The notes beneath the pieces are model-generated. The model searched no databases. It worked only from the letters and a program-made list of their open reading frames with translations, and was not told the origin of the DNA. The position numbers and the translations under genes were made by a program. Of a DNA stretch of 64,000 nucleotides, positions 10,085 through 19,608 are shown in pieces. How positions within the stretch are numbered: position 1 is the first letter of the stretch; each line of letters begins with the position of its first letter. Source of the DNA: Poseidonia sp. (GTDB taxonomy: Archaea > Thermoplasmatota > Poseidoniia > Poseidoniales > Poseidoniaceae); NCBI GenBank assembly GCA_022426155.1, contig JAKMEE010000022.1, positions 90,610-154,609 of the forward strand. The letters are read 5' to 3'.

Positions 10085-11086
10085 TCAGAGATCGGCTCGT
10101 TCTGCGACCCCAGCATCAACTAACCAACCAGCCGTATCCTCATCGAGGAAGTGCACGTCTCCAGCTTCAAGCATCAATTCATCACCTTGTTCTGTGAGAA
10201 TTGGTTCAGGTGAACTTTGTACGATTCTCACGCGAATCAGTTCACTATCCTCAAGGTCTTCTTGTTGTTCAGGTATTTGTTCTTCGGTTGATGGTAATTC
10301 TTCAATCACCATCATGGGTTCAGCAGATGGTGCCAATTCCATGGCAGCAGCGTGCTTGTTGTCGGGTGCTTGAGTCGAGGCGGTCTCTATCGGAGGTGCT
10401 TGTTCCGTGCTGGTTTCAGGCATCAAAAACGTTGCTTCATCGCCCCAGCCAGGTTCGGCTAAGAAACGATCTTCTTCGTCCATGTCGGCTTCCTCAAGTG
10501 GAGGCAACTCATCCTCAAAAACCAGGTTTGGGGGGGGTTGAGAAGTGAGCATTCCTTCTTTTACAAATGCGTCGAGTTGCATGGTGCCCGGAGCATGAGT
10601 TGTCGTTCTAACACCGACTTCGCCAGCAATTCCTTGTTGCATCCCCATCCAATCGATTTCTTTCTTAAATCGGTCAACTTGATTTTCCAGTGAACTGTAA
10701 AACGCCTTCTCGGCAGGGTCATTTCGTTGCCAATCCAGCGCAGGTAATTCTTGCGTCATTCCTGGATTGACGGCACTACGTAGGGATTGACTCGCCGCAT
10801 GCTGCATCATGGCCACCATGCGCTTCCTTGCCAGTTCAGAAGCGATTCGCCGGATATTTGTTTGGCGCTTTTGCAGGTTCTGGAGCCTCATGTCAATCGA
10901 GCCATTGCGCATCATTTCTTGAATGTCTAAATCCAAACTCGACAATAATTTACGAATCATTTCCCAAAAATCTTGCCGAGGGAGGGGAATGGGTACTTGC
11001 CGTGGTAATTGTTGGCGGTGAACGGAAAATAATTGCTCCTCAATCTCTCGCGCTTGAGCGCTATCGAGATCTCGAGAAGAGGACAT
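10085..11086 (-). CDS. GINS-like replication protein (Gins51-type A-B domain order) with a long acidic linker
   Basis: An N-terminal helical region ends in NIRRIASELARKRMVAMM (A-domain-like). The C-terminal VRIVQSSPEPILTEQGDELMLEAGDVHFLDEDTAGWLVDAGVAERA resembles the small beta B-domain of archaeal GINS. Start taken at ATG 11086 (MSSSRD...); the 24 upstream codons cover a tRNA-like relic. Assignment is by pattern only. Confidence 0.5.
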   Translation of the reverse strand: MSSSRDLDSAQAREIEEQLFSVHRQQLPRQVPIPLPRQDFWEMIRKLLSSLDLDIQEMMRNGSIDMRLQNLQKRQTNIRRIASELARKRMVAMMQHAASQSLRSAVNPGMTQELPALDWQRNDPAEKAFYSSLENQVDRFKKEIDWMGMQQGIAGEVGVRTTTHAPGTMQLDAFVKEGMLTSQPPPNLVFEDELPPLEEADMDEEDRFLAEPGWGDEATFLMPETSTEQAPPIETASTQAPDNKHAAAMELAPSAEPMMVIEELPSTEEQIPEQQEDLEDSELIRVRIVQSSPEPILTEQGDELMLEAGDVHFLDEDTAGWLVDAGVAERADL

Positions 11087-11096
11087 GATGTTGACG

Positions 11097-11145
11097 TGAG
11101 GGTGACGGGATTTGAACCCTCTTCCCCACTCACAAGCCAAGTGAG
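11097..11145 (-). other. tRNA-like relic (anticodon arm + T-arm + 3' acceptor strand, no 5' half)
   Basis: The minus strand reads CTCAC-TTGGCTT-GTGAG, then TGGGGAA, then GAGGG-TTCAAAT-CCCGT, then CACCCTC-A. This has the order and spacing of tRNA positions 27-73. No complementary 5' acceptor strand or D-arm lies upstream, and the T-stem has one mismatch. Confidence 0.3.
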
Positions 11146-11210
11146 GTTCGTTACACAAGCGATACAGGCTTTCATAGGTGAGACCTCATCGTGTTGAATG
11201 AGGTGAAGGC

Positions 11211-14200
11211 TTGGTGAACGCAGGAGTATCCGTGTCCGCCCTCAAGCGGCTATCGGTGGCCCTCCTCATGGTTGGACTCATGGTGGGTGTCCCATGGGTC
11301 TCGATGGTACCGCCCGCCGAAGAGTCCCGTATCACTTCTCAATTTGCTCAACCCTATCTCCCCAATCCTCCTTCTTCATCACTCAACATCACCGATTCTG
11401 GGTTGCTTCATATCCCATATAACGAGACATTTCTGGATGGAGAATTGGAAGTAACCCCTATTTGGTCTTCAGTTCAAGATACTCCAGTCCAGTATGGCAT
11501 AGACTCTGGGAATGGATGGCTAGGCGGTCATTCAAACATGCAAGGCATTGGCCAAGGCGGGCAGCTCACACTTGCCCCACAAGGTTCAATAACGACAATT
11601 TCCGATTTTGAAACTCTCGTTGAGACAGCCATTGGTTGGCGTGGAATTGGGTCAGACTACGATGTTTGGGCAGTGGTTCAACCAGGGTCACTCAGTACGA
11701 ATTCAAGCACCCCATTGCCAACTCTCGCAGCAAATGGCTCTTCCGTGATGTCAACAGCCGCAATGGGAGACTTAGGACCCAATATGTCTGGCTGCATCAT
11801 CTCACCAATCACTCCAATCCCGAGTTATATCAACAATTATTCTTTGTCTTTTCAACACTGGTTAGCTCTGGACGATGGCGATGCTGCTTGGGTTGATTGG
11901 CGCACATCGGGTCACTCATGGCAAATCCTTCAGCCACTAAGTGGCTACTCAAATGCCACCAACCTTTCACAAACCACCCCTACGGCATGGGCGGGAAGTC
12001 TCCCTGAATGGTCGACTTCCTCGTTGCCACTGGATTCGGTGTTAAATCAGGCCTCTGGGGATTTTCAGTACAGGTTTTGTTATGCAACTTCATCAGCCCC
12101 AACAGCAAGAGGTGGGTGGTTCATCGACCAGGCAACCTTGTACAATCAAGGAGATCAACCAGGTTCTTGGTTCCATGGAAATTTAACTGGGGCCTATGCT
12201 CCAAATGCTCAGGGAACGCTCCGCCTTCCTGTGGACCTCTCAGGAATGACAGGCACTTTGGAATTGGAAATCTGGGCGAATTGGGATCTTCAAGGTGGAT
12301 ACAGTGACAACATGATGACGTTGATCAGTTTGAATAACGGATCGACTTGGCAATCAGTTTCACCCATCCCTGGCCTTCCTGGAAATGGATTGGTATGGCA
12401 AGGTACCTACTACGGTGATGAATCCAACGGATGGGTGCCTAGGCTTTACTCTCTGCCTTCTAACCTTTCAAGTCATCCAAATGCAAGTCAAGCCCTTCTC
12501 GACTTTGTTGTTCAAACAGACGGTCAAACAAATTATGGAGGGTTCTCAATCAATGGATGGGAGGGCATTTTTATTGATGATATTTCCATGTACAGTAATT
12601 ACGGGACCGCTACAGAACAACGAAGGATGCTCGCAAATTTCACAACCCAACCATCTGGACAAGTGGGTGACATCAATGGATGGAACAATGCAGTTCCAGG
12701 TGTTGTTGACCAATGGGGATGGAATAATACCACGGGGCTCAACGGAGCCACTTCATCCACCGAATCGTTTGAGAATCCCGTTTCAACTCCGTCAGGATGG
12801 ATGATTGAGGGAACAGGGTCAAGCCTGTGGGAAATAGGCGAGACTCGCAATACCTCTGGTTACGGGCCCGGAACATTCCATTCTGGCCTCCAAGGTGCCG
12901 CCATCAACCTTACCACACGCTATGCCGATGACATGTATACGAATTTGGTGACACCCACCTACGAAGTCCCAACCAATGCTACCGCTCGTTTGACATTCCG
13001 TTCTTGGATGTGTAGCGAACCGAATTGGGACGGTGGAGCCGTTTCGATTTCATTGGATGAAGGCGACACTTGGTGGTTCATCCCCCCTGAGACCTCGGTT
13101 TTCCACGATCAGATTTCAACAGCGAACGCCAATTCACCTCTTTACGGAGAAGGGATTTTTGATGGTTCAAAAGTGACTGGAGGGTGTACCGCTAGCACCG
13201 CTCCCGCTCCTCGTGGTTATGATTTGAAAACCTATGAATTCAACAACTTTTCTGGACAATCGGTGCGAGCTCGGTTCACGTTCTTCTCTGATGCATATCT
13301 GGAAGCAGATGGATGGTACCTCGATGATGCTGGCATTGAAGTAGATGTCTTTGAAACTCAAGGCGCCTGGATATCTCCTCCAGTGTCACCAACTGGTTTC
13401 TATGGTTACGGGATGTTAGATGCTTGGTATGAACAACCAAACTCAACCTCCATCGAGTTCGATGTCCTTGATCTCAATAATCAAATCATTCCAGGTCATG
13501 AAGGCGTCACATTGCCGTTTCATCTTGCTTTGGACCCTGTGGAGTATCCGAGTATCAATCTTCGGATTAGAATGACAACATCAGATGTTTTCGTCACGCC
13601 GAGTGTCCACAGTCTGAGTCTTGGAACAACAATGTACCTCAGTCCAATCGATCTTCAGTCAAATGAAACACTTGGGCCAAACACGCAACGAACCTCCGAG
13701 GGAAATCTTGTCTTTAACTCCTCTTTTTCAACCAATCTTGCCCCGTTTACTGCATGTTCTTTCGATGATTTTCGCATCACATCTTTTGGAGATAACCTCA
13801 CGTGGACAACACCACATTTCCAACCTATTGGCTCATGGTATTCAGGAGCAGGTAACGGAGTGCAGGTTCTCAATTTCACCGCAAGCAACCCCGCTCAACT
13901 TGTTCGAATGACCACACTCGAGGGTTCTGGAGGAGAGTTGTTTGAACGAGCTAAAATTGAGGTCTCATGTGTTCAACCCCCGTCCTATCCCTCGATTGAG
14001 GTGGGGTGGAATAACGGTTCGTTGTTGAATTGGCCAATGCAAGGAACTGGCCCGATGCTCGGTTATGTTGATCAGCTCTCTGCCATGGAGCTCAATGGCG
14101 TTCAAACAATGCTCAATTCCTCTGAACCCTCCCCTTCTGTCGCTTTGTCAAACGATTCACTTCACCTGTCGTTTGGAACGGTATTAGCATCGAATGTTTC

Positions 14201-17200
14201 GACGAGCTCTTGGTCAACCACCTCATTCAACGTTCATCTCAACAATCTCAGTGCCTCAAGTCGTCTGTCGGTCAATGGGCAATGGCAGAATTTACCAAAC
14301 GGTTCCGCTGCGTTGTTGATCACATCCAATGAAGTGTGCTATGACGGGACTGTTGTCACTTCAATATCAAGCACTCAAAATCTCATGCAATGCTTCATTG
14401 AGCTTGAATTAGAAGGCAGTGGCGATATGAAAATCATGAATTTTAAGTATCTTTCACCAACTCAAACACTTTCCCTTGAACCATCTGCAACTTTCCTCAA
14501 CCAAGCCAAAATGGCCTCCTTTGAAGGAGACATGAGGGCGACTCTCTCCATCCCTCTTCACGTATCCACACAGCGAGGAGGATTGCTTCTGGACATGTCT
14601 GCCAACACTGCTCCAATGATGATTGAGTCAGTAGACACACCCGGCCATACCCGGTGGCTCCCAGGTGAAACCATATCGGTCACAACCCACCACCAGCGAA
14701 TCAATCCTCATGCTCTGGTTGAAGATGCACCGGATATTGTTTCGATTGAACTTGCCCTTTCTCCAACACCGTTCTGGGATGATTCCCGTGTTCAAGTTGA
14801 AGTTGACCAACTCGCCACAACCCCCAGATTCCGCCAAATTTCAGGTGCAGGATATGCCAGCCTCCAACCGTCCTTGTCCACCGTTACTTGCACCATGAAC
14901 GACTGCACAGTGACGTGGTCACTGACAAGCACATGGTTGCTTGATGATGTTGATGATCTCCATTTCCTTGCACAGGCTACAGATGAGGAGTCACTCCAAG
15001 CAGGACCAGCAATGGAAGTCCGAAAAACGATTTTCAATGAAATTGAAAACGATCTTGAAGTTGTTGGATTTGAGGTCACCGATGAACAGGATCGAAGGTT
15101 GGATGACTGGTCAAACCCCGTTTGGCCCTTCCACATCGGTGAAAATATCTCCATGGAAGCTTCTGGTCGAGTGCGATTTGAAGGAATCTTACAACGATGG
15201 GTTGGCGAAGGAGAGGCCGAAGTCATGGTGACAATCAACGCTGTCCCAGCAAAAAACACCTCCGGTGGGCCGGATGAATGGCCCAATGAACCGGTTAACT
15301 GGACTCGGAATTGGACGGGTACAGTCGACGCTGATGGGATGTTTTCAATTCCCTTGTCTTCTCCAGGGATTGACGACCAAGTTCCAAGCAATACTTGGCT
15401 GGAAATCATTCCAAGTATCTCAAGACGGGGGCCGCTTGGAGCGCTCATTCCTACAAGCGAAGACAAGACAGTGATCGTGTCATCTGTTAGGTCTCTCTTT
15501 GATCTTGCTCAACCCAGCGTGGGGCCGTTGATGGTAATTGATTCTGGGGTTTCGGTTCTCGCAGATAATCACACCCTGATGTTTGGTCAAGATATTGCTC
15601 TTCAATTATCTGTGAGTGATTCAGAGGGGCTTGCTCCTTCCCTTGAGCTATGGTATTGGCTTGAAAACCGAGACGATGATAACCAAAACGGAATCATGGA
15701 AGTTGAAGAATATGTCAAACAAAGTGTGACGGTCAATCTTGGTTCAACAGATGTGCAACTTGACCTTCCTCTCCTCACTTGGACCGATATTGTCTCACAG
15801 AACAACAACATTGGACGAGCCAGTGTGGTCGTTCGGGGAGCGGATTTGGCAGGTAATTCAATCTCTGGTGGAGGTGAATTTGGTGAAGAGGGGGACTTGG
15901 CTACCTTCCAAGTTCAACGGCGATATGATGCAATTGTGGATATTGAGAGCATATTTCTTGATTCGGTTGACGGGCATATATTGGCTGGTAAGAATCATCA
16001 CTTTTCGTTCAGCATTACGGATGGGAATGGGTATTCCTCGTTTGACTCAGTCCAATTCGCCATGATGGGCCAAGGCAATGAATCAGTATGTTACATTCAT
16101 CATGAACCCCGGTTCGATACCATTTTTTACGACCAGTCTTGCTTTATTGGCTCTCCAGAGGTCCTCGTTACACAACGTCCTTTGACATCGACTTTTGACG
16201 TAACTTTCTCATTTATTTTCGATTGGAACACTTCGTTTGGTATGGCTGCTTCAGAAGCCGTGCCCTCATTCAACATCTTTGATGAGGGGCAAAACATTGG
16301 ATTGGGTCTTTCTCGATTACCCAGCCATTCTTGGTTGCCGTCAAATACAATCGAAATGCGTTGGTTAGAGATACAAGATGGAACGGCCCCTGTTGGCGAA
16401 TTTAACTCAACAACGCACTGGTTGCACAGAAACGATGTCGTCCACCACGAGGTTGGCGTGTATCACCAAGGGACCGACATTCTGGTCAATTTCCTTCCAG
16501 AAATTGGAAGAATGAAATGGCATTTAGATGACGGGAAACAATACGTCTCTGGCAATATTACTCATTCCGCCACGGGCATCTACAACTTTTCAGTCATTAT
16601 GCGAGAAGATGTGATGTATTATGATCATGGGACGGTGAAAGTCACGTTAGAGGGTTACGGAAATTATCACGTGAATTCGCTCAATTACTCAGTAGTAATG
16701 GACGATATGGCTCCATATTTGACGCTGGCCCCTGGCGTTTTGGAAACAGTTTCATCGGATTCACTTGATGCAGTCAATGTGACGTTGATGGTGAACGATG
16801 ACACCGACATGGGCGATGGACCTCTCTTTGCTCGTTTCATGTATTATCGAATGGGACAACCTCTCACCGATGAAGCAGGGACGGTTGAAGTGCCACTCTC
16901 AACCGCGCTTCAATCCCAATTTGTTTACGAGGGAACTCTTGATTTCTCATTCCCTCAAGATCTCGAAATAAGTCGAAGCGATACACTTCTCGTTTGGTTT
17001 GAGGGATTCGATCGCTCAGGACGTACATTGGTGGGATTGGGAAGCGTATCTCAACCATTGAATATCGGCCTGACATGGGTCGCATTTGAACCGACTTTCA
17101 CTGATATTTCCGCCACCCCGTACCGGCCATTACAAGGTGAAAACGTTACCATTTATGTTCGGTTAGCCAATGAAGGGTTGGTCTCAGGAAATGTAGTGGT

Positions 17201-17588
17201 CAATCTACGAGACGATCAAGGCGAACTTCTTCGGTCTGAAGAACTCTCCCTCAACAGCAGTGAGTGGGTGAATCTCATTTGGGAAATTGAGGCATGGAAG
17301 AGCGGCCGACTTGGTTTGTCAGTGGAGTTAGAAAATTACACCCCAATGGTTCCAGTTCCGCTTGCAGATGTCAAGCCTTACGATGGAGACAGTCAGAGCA
17401 ATAGCATGGCCTTGTTGAGCCTCTCTGTCCTCACGCTTCTCATCACGGTATCGATTTTCATGGTGGTTCGTCAAAAACGCCTCGAGAGGCAGGATGCACT
17501 AGAAATTGAAAAGATTCGACGGATTGTGAATCGTCGCCTTCCCCCTCCGAGGCCTCACGAATTGACTGAAAGCCTCCAAGAGGAATAG
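11211..17588 (+). CDS. Giant (2125 aa) membrane-anchored, sequon-rich surface protein
   Basis: TTG start with AGGTGA upstream. There is an N-terminal hydrophobic signal/anchor and a C-terminal TM helix (LLSLSVLTLLITVSIFMVV) followed by a short basic tail. Dozens of N-x-S/T sequons are present. Three modules each end in a similar strand (GGWFIDQATLYN, GWEGIFIDDISMYSN, DGWYLDDAGIEVD), as in MAM/jelly-roll-type adhesion domains. Confidence 0.75.
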   Translation: MVNAGVSVSALKRLSVALLMVGLMVGVPWVSMVPPAEESRITSQFAQPYLPNPPSSSLNITDSGLLHIPYNETFLDGELEVTPIWSSVQDTPVQYGIDSGNGWLGGHSNMQGIGQGGQLTLAPQGSITTISDFETLVETAIGWRGIGSDYDVWAVVQPGSLSTNSSTPLPTLAANGSSVMSTAAMGDLGPNMSGCIISPITPIPSYINNYSLSFQHWLALDDGDAAWVDWRTSGHSWQILQPLSGYSNATNLSQTTPTAWAGSLPEWSTSSLPLDSVLNQASGDFQYRFCYATSSAPTARGGWFIDQATLYNQGDQPGSWFHGNLTGAYAPNAQGTLRLPVDLSGMTGTLELEIWANWDLQGGYSDNMMTLISLNNGSTWQSVSPIPGLPGNGLVWQGTYYGDESNGWVPRLYSLPSNLSSHPNASQALLDFVVQTDGQTNYGGFSINGWEGIFIDDISMYSNYGTATEQRRMLANFTTQPSGQVGDINGWNNAVPGVVDQWGWNNTTGLNGATSSTESFENPVSTPSGWMIEGTGSSLWEIGETRNTSGYGPGTFHSGLQGAAINLTTRYADDMYTNLVTPTYEVPTNATARLTFRSWMCSEPNWDGGAVSISLDEGDTWWFIPPETSVFHDQISTANANSPLYGEGIFDGSKVTGGCTASTAPAPRGYDLKTYEFNNFSGQSVRARFTFFSDAYLEADGWYLDDAGIEVDVFETQGAWISPPVSPTGFYGYGMLDAWYEQPNSTSIEFDVLDLNNQIIPGHEGVTLPFHLALDPVEYPSINLRIRMTTSDVFVTPSVHSLSLGTTMYLSPIDLQSNETLGPNTQRTSEGNLVFNSSFSTNLAPFTACSFDDFRITSFGDNLTWTTPHFQPIGSWYSGAGNGVQVLNFTASNPAQLVRMTTLEGSGGELFERAKIEVSCVQPPSYPSIEVGWNNGSLLNWPMQGTGPMLGYVDQLSAMELNGVQTMLNSSEPSPSVALSNDSLHLSFGTVLASNVSTSSWSTTSFNVHLNNLSASSRLSVNGQWQNLPNGSAALLITSNEVCYDGTVVTSISSTQNLMQCFIELELEGSGDMKIMNFKYLSPTQTLSLEPSATFLNQAKMASFEGDMRATLSIPLHVSTQRGGLLLDMSANTAPMMIESVDTPGHTRWLPGETISVTTHHQRINPHALVEDAPDIVSIELALSPTPFWDDSRVQVEVDQLATTPRFRQISGAGYASLQPSLSTVTCTMNDCTVTWSLTSTWLLDDVDDLHFLAQATDEESLQAGPAMEVRKTIFNEIENDLEVVGFEVTDEQDRRLDDWSNPVWPFHIGENISMEASGRVRFEGILQRWVGEGEAEVMVTINAVPAKNTSGGPDEWPNEPVNWTRNWTGTVDADGMFSIPLSSPGIDDQVPSNTWLEIIPSISRRGPLGALIPTSEDKTVIVSSVRSLFDLAQPSVGPLMVIDSGVSVLADNHTLMFGQDIALQLSVSDSEGLAPSLELWYWLENRDDDNQNGIMEVEEYVKQSVTVNLGSTDVQLDLPLLTWTDIVSQNNNIGRASVVVRGADLAGNSISGGGEFGEEGDLATFQVQRRYDAIVDIESIFLDSVDGHILAGKNHHFSFSITDGNGYSSFDSVQFAMMGQGNESVCYIHHEPRFDTIFYDQSCFIGSPEVLVTQRPLTSTFDVTFSFIFDWNTSFGMAASEAVPSFNIFDEGQNIGLGLSRLPSHSWLPSNTIEMRWLEIQDGTAPVGEFNSTTHWLHRNDVVHHEVGVYHQGTDILVNFLPEIGRMKWHLDDGKQYVSGNITHSATGIYNFSVIMREDVMYYDHGTVKVTLEGYGNYHVNSLNYSVVMDDMAPYLTLAPGVLETVSSDSLDAVNVTLMVNDDTDMGDGPLFARFMYYRMGQPLTDEAGTVEVPLSTALQSQFVYEGTLDFSFPQDLEISRSDTLLVWFEGFDRSGRTLVGLGSVSQPLNIGLTWVAFEPTFTDISATPYRPLQGENVTIYVRLANEGLVSGNVVVNLRDDQGELLRSEELSLNSSEWVNLIWEIEAWKSGRLGLSVELENYTPMVPVPLADVKPYDGDSQSNSMALLSLSVLTLLITVSIFMVVRQKRLERQDALEIEKIRRIVNRRLPPPRPHELTESLQEE

Positions 17589-17621
17589 TCAAGAACAGAA
17601 GGCATCAGCCCTCAACAAGAA

Positions 17622-17706
17622 GCCGGGGTACCCGAGTGGTCAAAGGGGGTGGATTCAAGCTCCTCTGCATATTGCTTCGCAGGTTCGAATCCTGCCCCCG
17701 GCACCA
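17622..17706 (+). tRNA. tRNA-Leu (anticodon CAA), long variable arm, CCA encoded
   Basis: GCCGGGG acceptor pairs with CCCCGGC. Anticodon loop TTCAAGC. Variable arm TGCATATTGCTTCGCA. T-arm GCAGG-TTCGAAT-CCTGC. Ends in ACCA. Confidence 0.9.
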
Positions 17707-17751
17707 AATCCGCCCCAATTCTCTTATTAATCACAATCAGATAGTAATGAT

Positions 17752-19590
17752 ATGGTGAATGAATTCGCATCCTCTGAACTAGATCAGGGATTCTTCACAT
17801 TTCCAAGACCAAGCCTCAAGCAAATGGTGGGGTATGTTTTGGTGATCTCCTTGCTATTCTCCGCTTACGGCTGGTATGCGGCAGGTCTCGAAATTCCAGA
17901 TATCCCTCAACTCAGTGAGGCAAATACGATCGATTCATTGGACGATCTCAACAACAGTATGTATGGGCCTCTCCAAGCAGGTTATGGCCCCGAATATGCA
18001 GACAAGGCAGCTTTTGTCATCGTTCCACTTCGGATGAATCAGGGAAGCATAGCCACGTTTGATTGCAGCGTTCAGTACGACTCGGAAGGAGATGAAAGTT
18101 GGGCCCTTGATATTGAAATCCACGGCACACATGGGTTAGAATTTGAAGATGCCAATGGGAACAAAATTACTGCTTCGTTTGACCGTACCGAGATACTCGA
18201 CCCGGTGGGTGATTTTTTTAATCCAGAATGTGGGGATTCGTCAGGAGTATACATTCGTGACCTTGAGGGCCAAGGTGTTGATCAGAAGGAAGACAATCCA
18301 TTTTTCGCTACTTTCATGATGGTTGAATCCGAACCCATGCGTTATCAGCTTCTTTCCGTCCAAGAAGTCTATAATTTCCAGCACTCTCTATCTCCAGGTG
18401 AAGTAACGCAGCGCGAAGATATGGGGCGTTGGTCTTTGTTATTTTTTGGTATGAGTGGATTGGTGTTCATGTACAGCACTTCACCTCCATTGGTTCACGA
18501 ACTTAAAAAGATACGAAAGAGCAATCGAAAGAAGGCAAAAGACATTGATTCGAGCATCGGCGTGTTGGGATTCGATGGGAGGTACCTCCAACATGTGGGG
18601 GCAGATGGGACAGTCATTGGGCCTGCAAAATACCCCATTCGTTCCTACAAAGATGATTGGTTGTTTGGTTGCCCTCCACTCCCGGCTTCCTATACAAATT
18701 TCTTTGCAGCCGACCCAGAAGGACAACTGATACACGAGCACCCCCATAGAATTGGTGAACCTAAAGCGGCTACTATCACGCCGTATTCATTTGGGGCGTT
18801 GGTGTTTGCACTCTCATTTATCTGGCTCGCATCAGACCTTCGCGCCCGTGATGGTTCCGACTTCCATACGCTTCTCGGCTGGGGCCTTACTGCCTTCGTG
18901 ACATTCGTGAACCTCATTTGGTTTAGGTCCGCTTACAAGCAAATGAAAATGAGTGAAACCATCAAGGATTTGCCCACCAGCCCCATTCGCAGTGTTGCTG
19001 TTGGGCAGGCTGAGATTGTTGGGCAAGCTCGACCGGCTCGTCACGGCACACCAGAAATAAAAGTGGGCGGGAAATCCCTTCAGGGGCTCCTTGCATGGTC
19101 ATGGCGTGAGTACGAATATCAATGTTCAACGGACGATGAAGGAAACACCTCATGTTCTTGGGTCCAGGTCAATGCCAAACAAGGGGGCACTCCTTTCATT
19201 GTTCATGATGGTACAGGAGGTATTCTCATCCATCCAGAAAAGTGGACGAAGAAAGGTACCCGGTTTGATTATGGAAATACCGTTGCAACATGGAAGAGAG
19301 GAGATCATAAATGGGAACTGGAAACCATTGGTACAGGCGATCCTGTTTACGTTTTGGGCGATTGTGTCCCTCGCAGCCATGAAGACCTTGAGCAGAATGG
19401 CTCGGATGAAACACTCGCAAATGCATTGGTGACGATGGTTCCATCCGTCGATACAGGCGAGGCATCTACGCTTCATTATGGCACGGAAGTAGATGTCTTA
19501 GCCACACGCCGCTCATCGTTTGAAACATTGATTGTCCCCCTACTCGTGTTCACGTTTGGCATCGTCATGTTCTTGCAATACAAGCCATGA
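17752..19590 (+). CDS. Multi-pass membrane protein of unknown function; C-terminal part resembles a GIDE-type domain
   Basis: About five hydrophobic helices, including a terminal one (LIVPLLVFTFGIVMF). The soluble region IRSVAVGQAEIVGQA...GTPFIVHDGTGGILIHPE...GDPVYVLGD resembles the GIDE domain found in MUL1-like proteins and in prokaryotic membrane proteins. This is pattern-level only. Confidence 0.5.
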   Translation: MVNEFASSELDQGFFTFPRPSLKQMVGYVLVISLLFSAYGWYAAGLEIPDIPQLSEANTIDSLDDLNNSMYGPLQAGYGPEYADKAAFVIVPLRMNQGSIATFDCSVQYDSEGDESWALDIEIHGTHGLEFEDANGNKITASFDRTEILDPVGDFFNPECGDSSGVYIRDLEGQGVDQKEDNPFFATFMMVESEPMRYQLLSVQEVYNFQHSLSPGEVTQREDMGRWSLLFFGMSGLVFMYSTSPPLVHELKKIRKSNRKKAKDIDSSIGVLGFDGRYLQHVGADGTVIGPAKYPIRSYKDDWLFGCPPLPASYTNFFAADPEGQLIHEHPHRIGEPKAATITPYSFGALVFALSFIWLASDLRARDGSDFHTLLGWGLTAFVTFVNLIWFRSAYKQMKMSETIKDLPTSPIRSVAVGQAEIVGQARPARHGTPEIKVGGKSLQGLLAWSWREYEYQCSTDDEGNTSCSWVQVNAKQGGTPFIVHDGTGGILIHPEKWTKKGTRFDYGNTVATWKRGDHKWELETIGTGDPVYVLGDCVPRSHEDLEQNGSDETLANALVTMVPSVDTGEASTLHYGTEVDVLATRRSSFETLIVPLLVFTFGIVMFLQYKP

Positions 19591-19608
19591 GTAGGCCAGG
19601 CACGTAGG

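Noticed and set aside
11146-11260. Search for the 5' half (acceptor strand + D-arm) that would make the 11097-11145 element a complete or intron-containing tRNA
   Set aside because: The only near-match (GAGGGCG at about 11243-11249, minus strand) is about 100 nt away inside the surface-protein gene. It has a mismatch and no D-arm, so I call the element a relic and not a tRNA gene.
14792-15466. 224-aa minus-strand ORF inside the giant surface-protein gene
   Set aside because: It is an antisense shadow ORF within a continuous 6.4-kb coding frame, with low-complexity Ser-rich translation and no start context.
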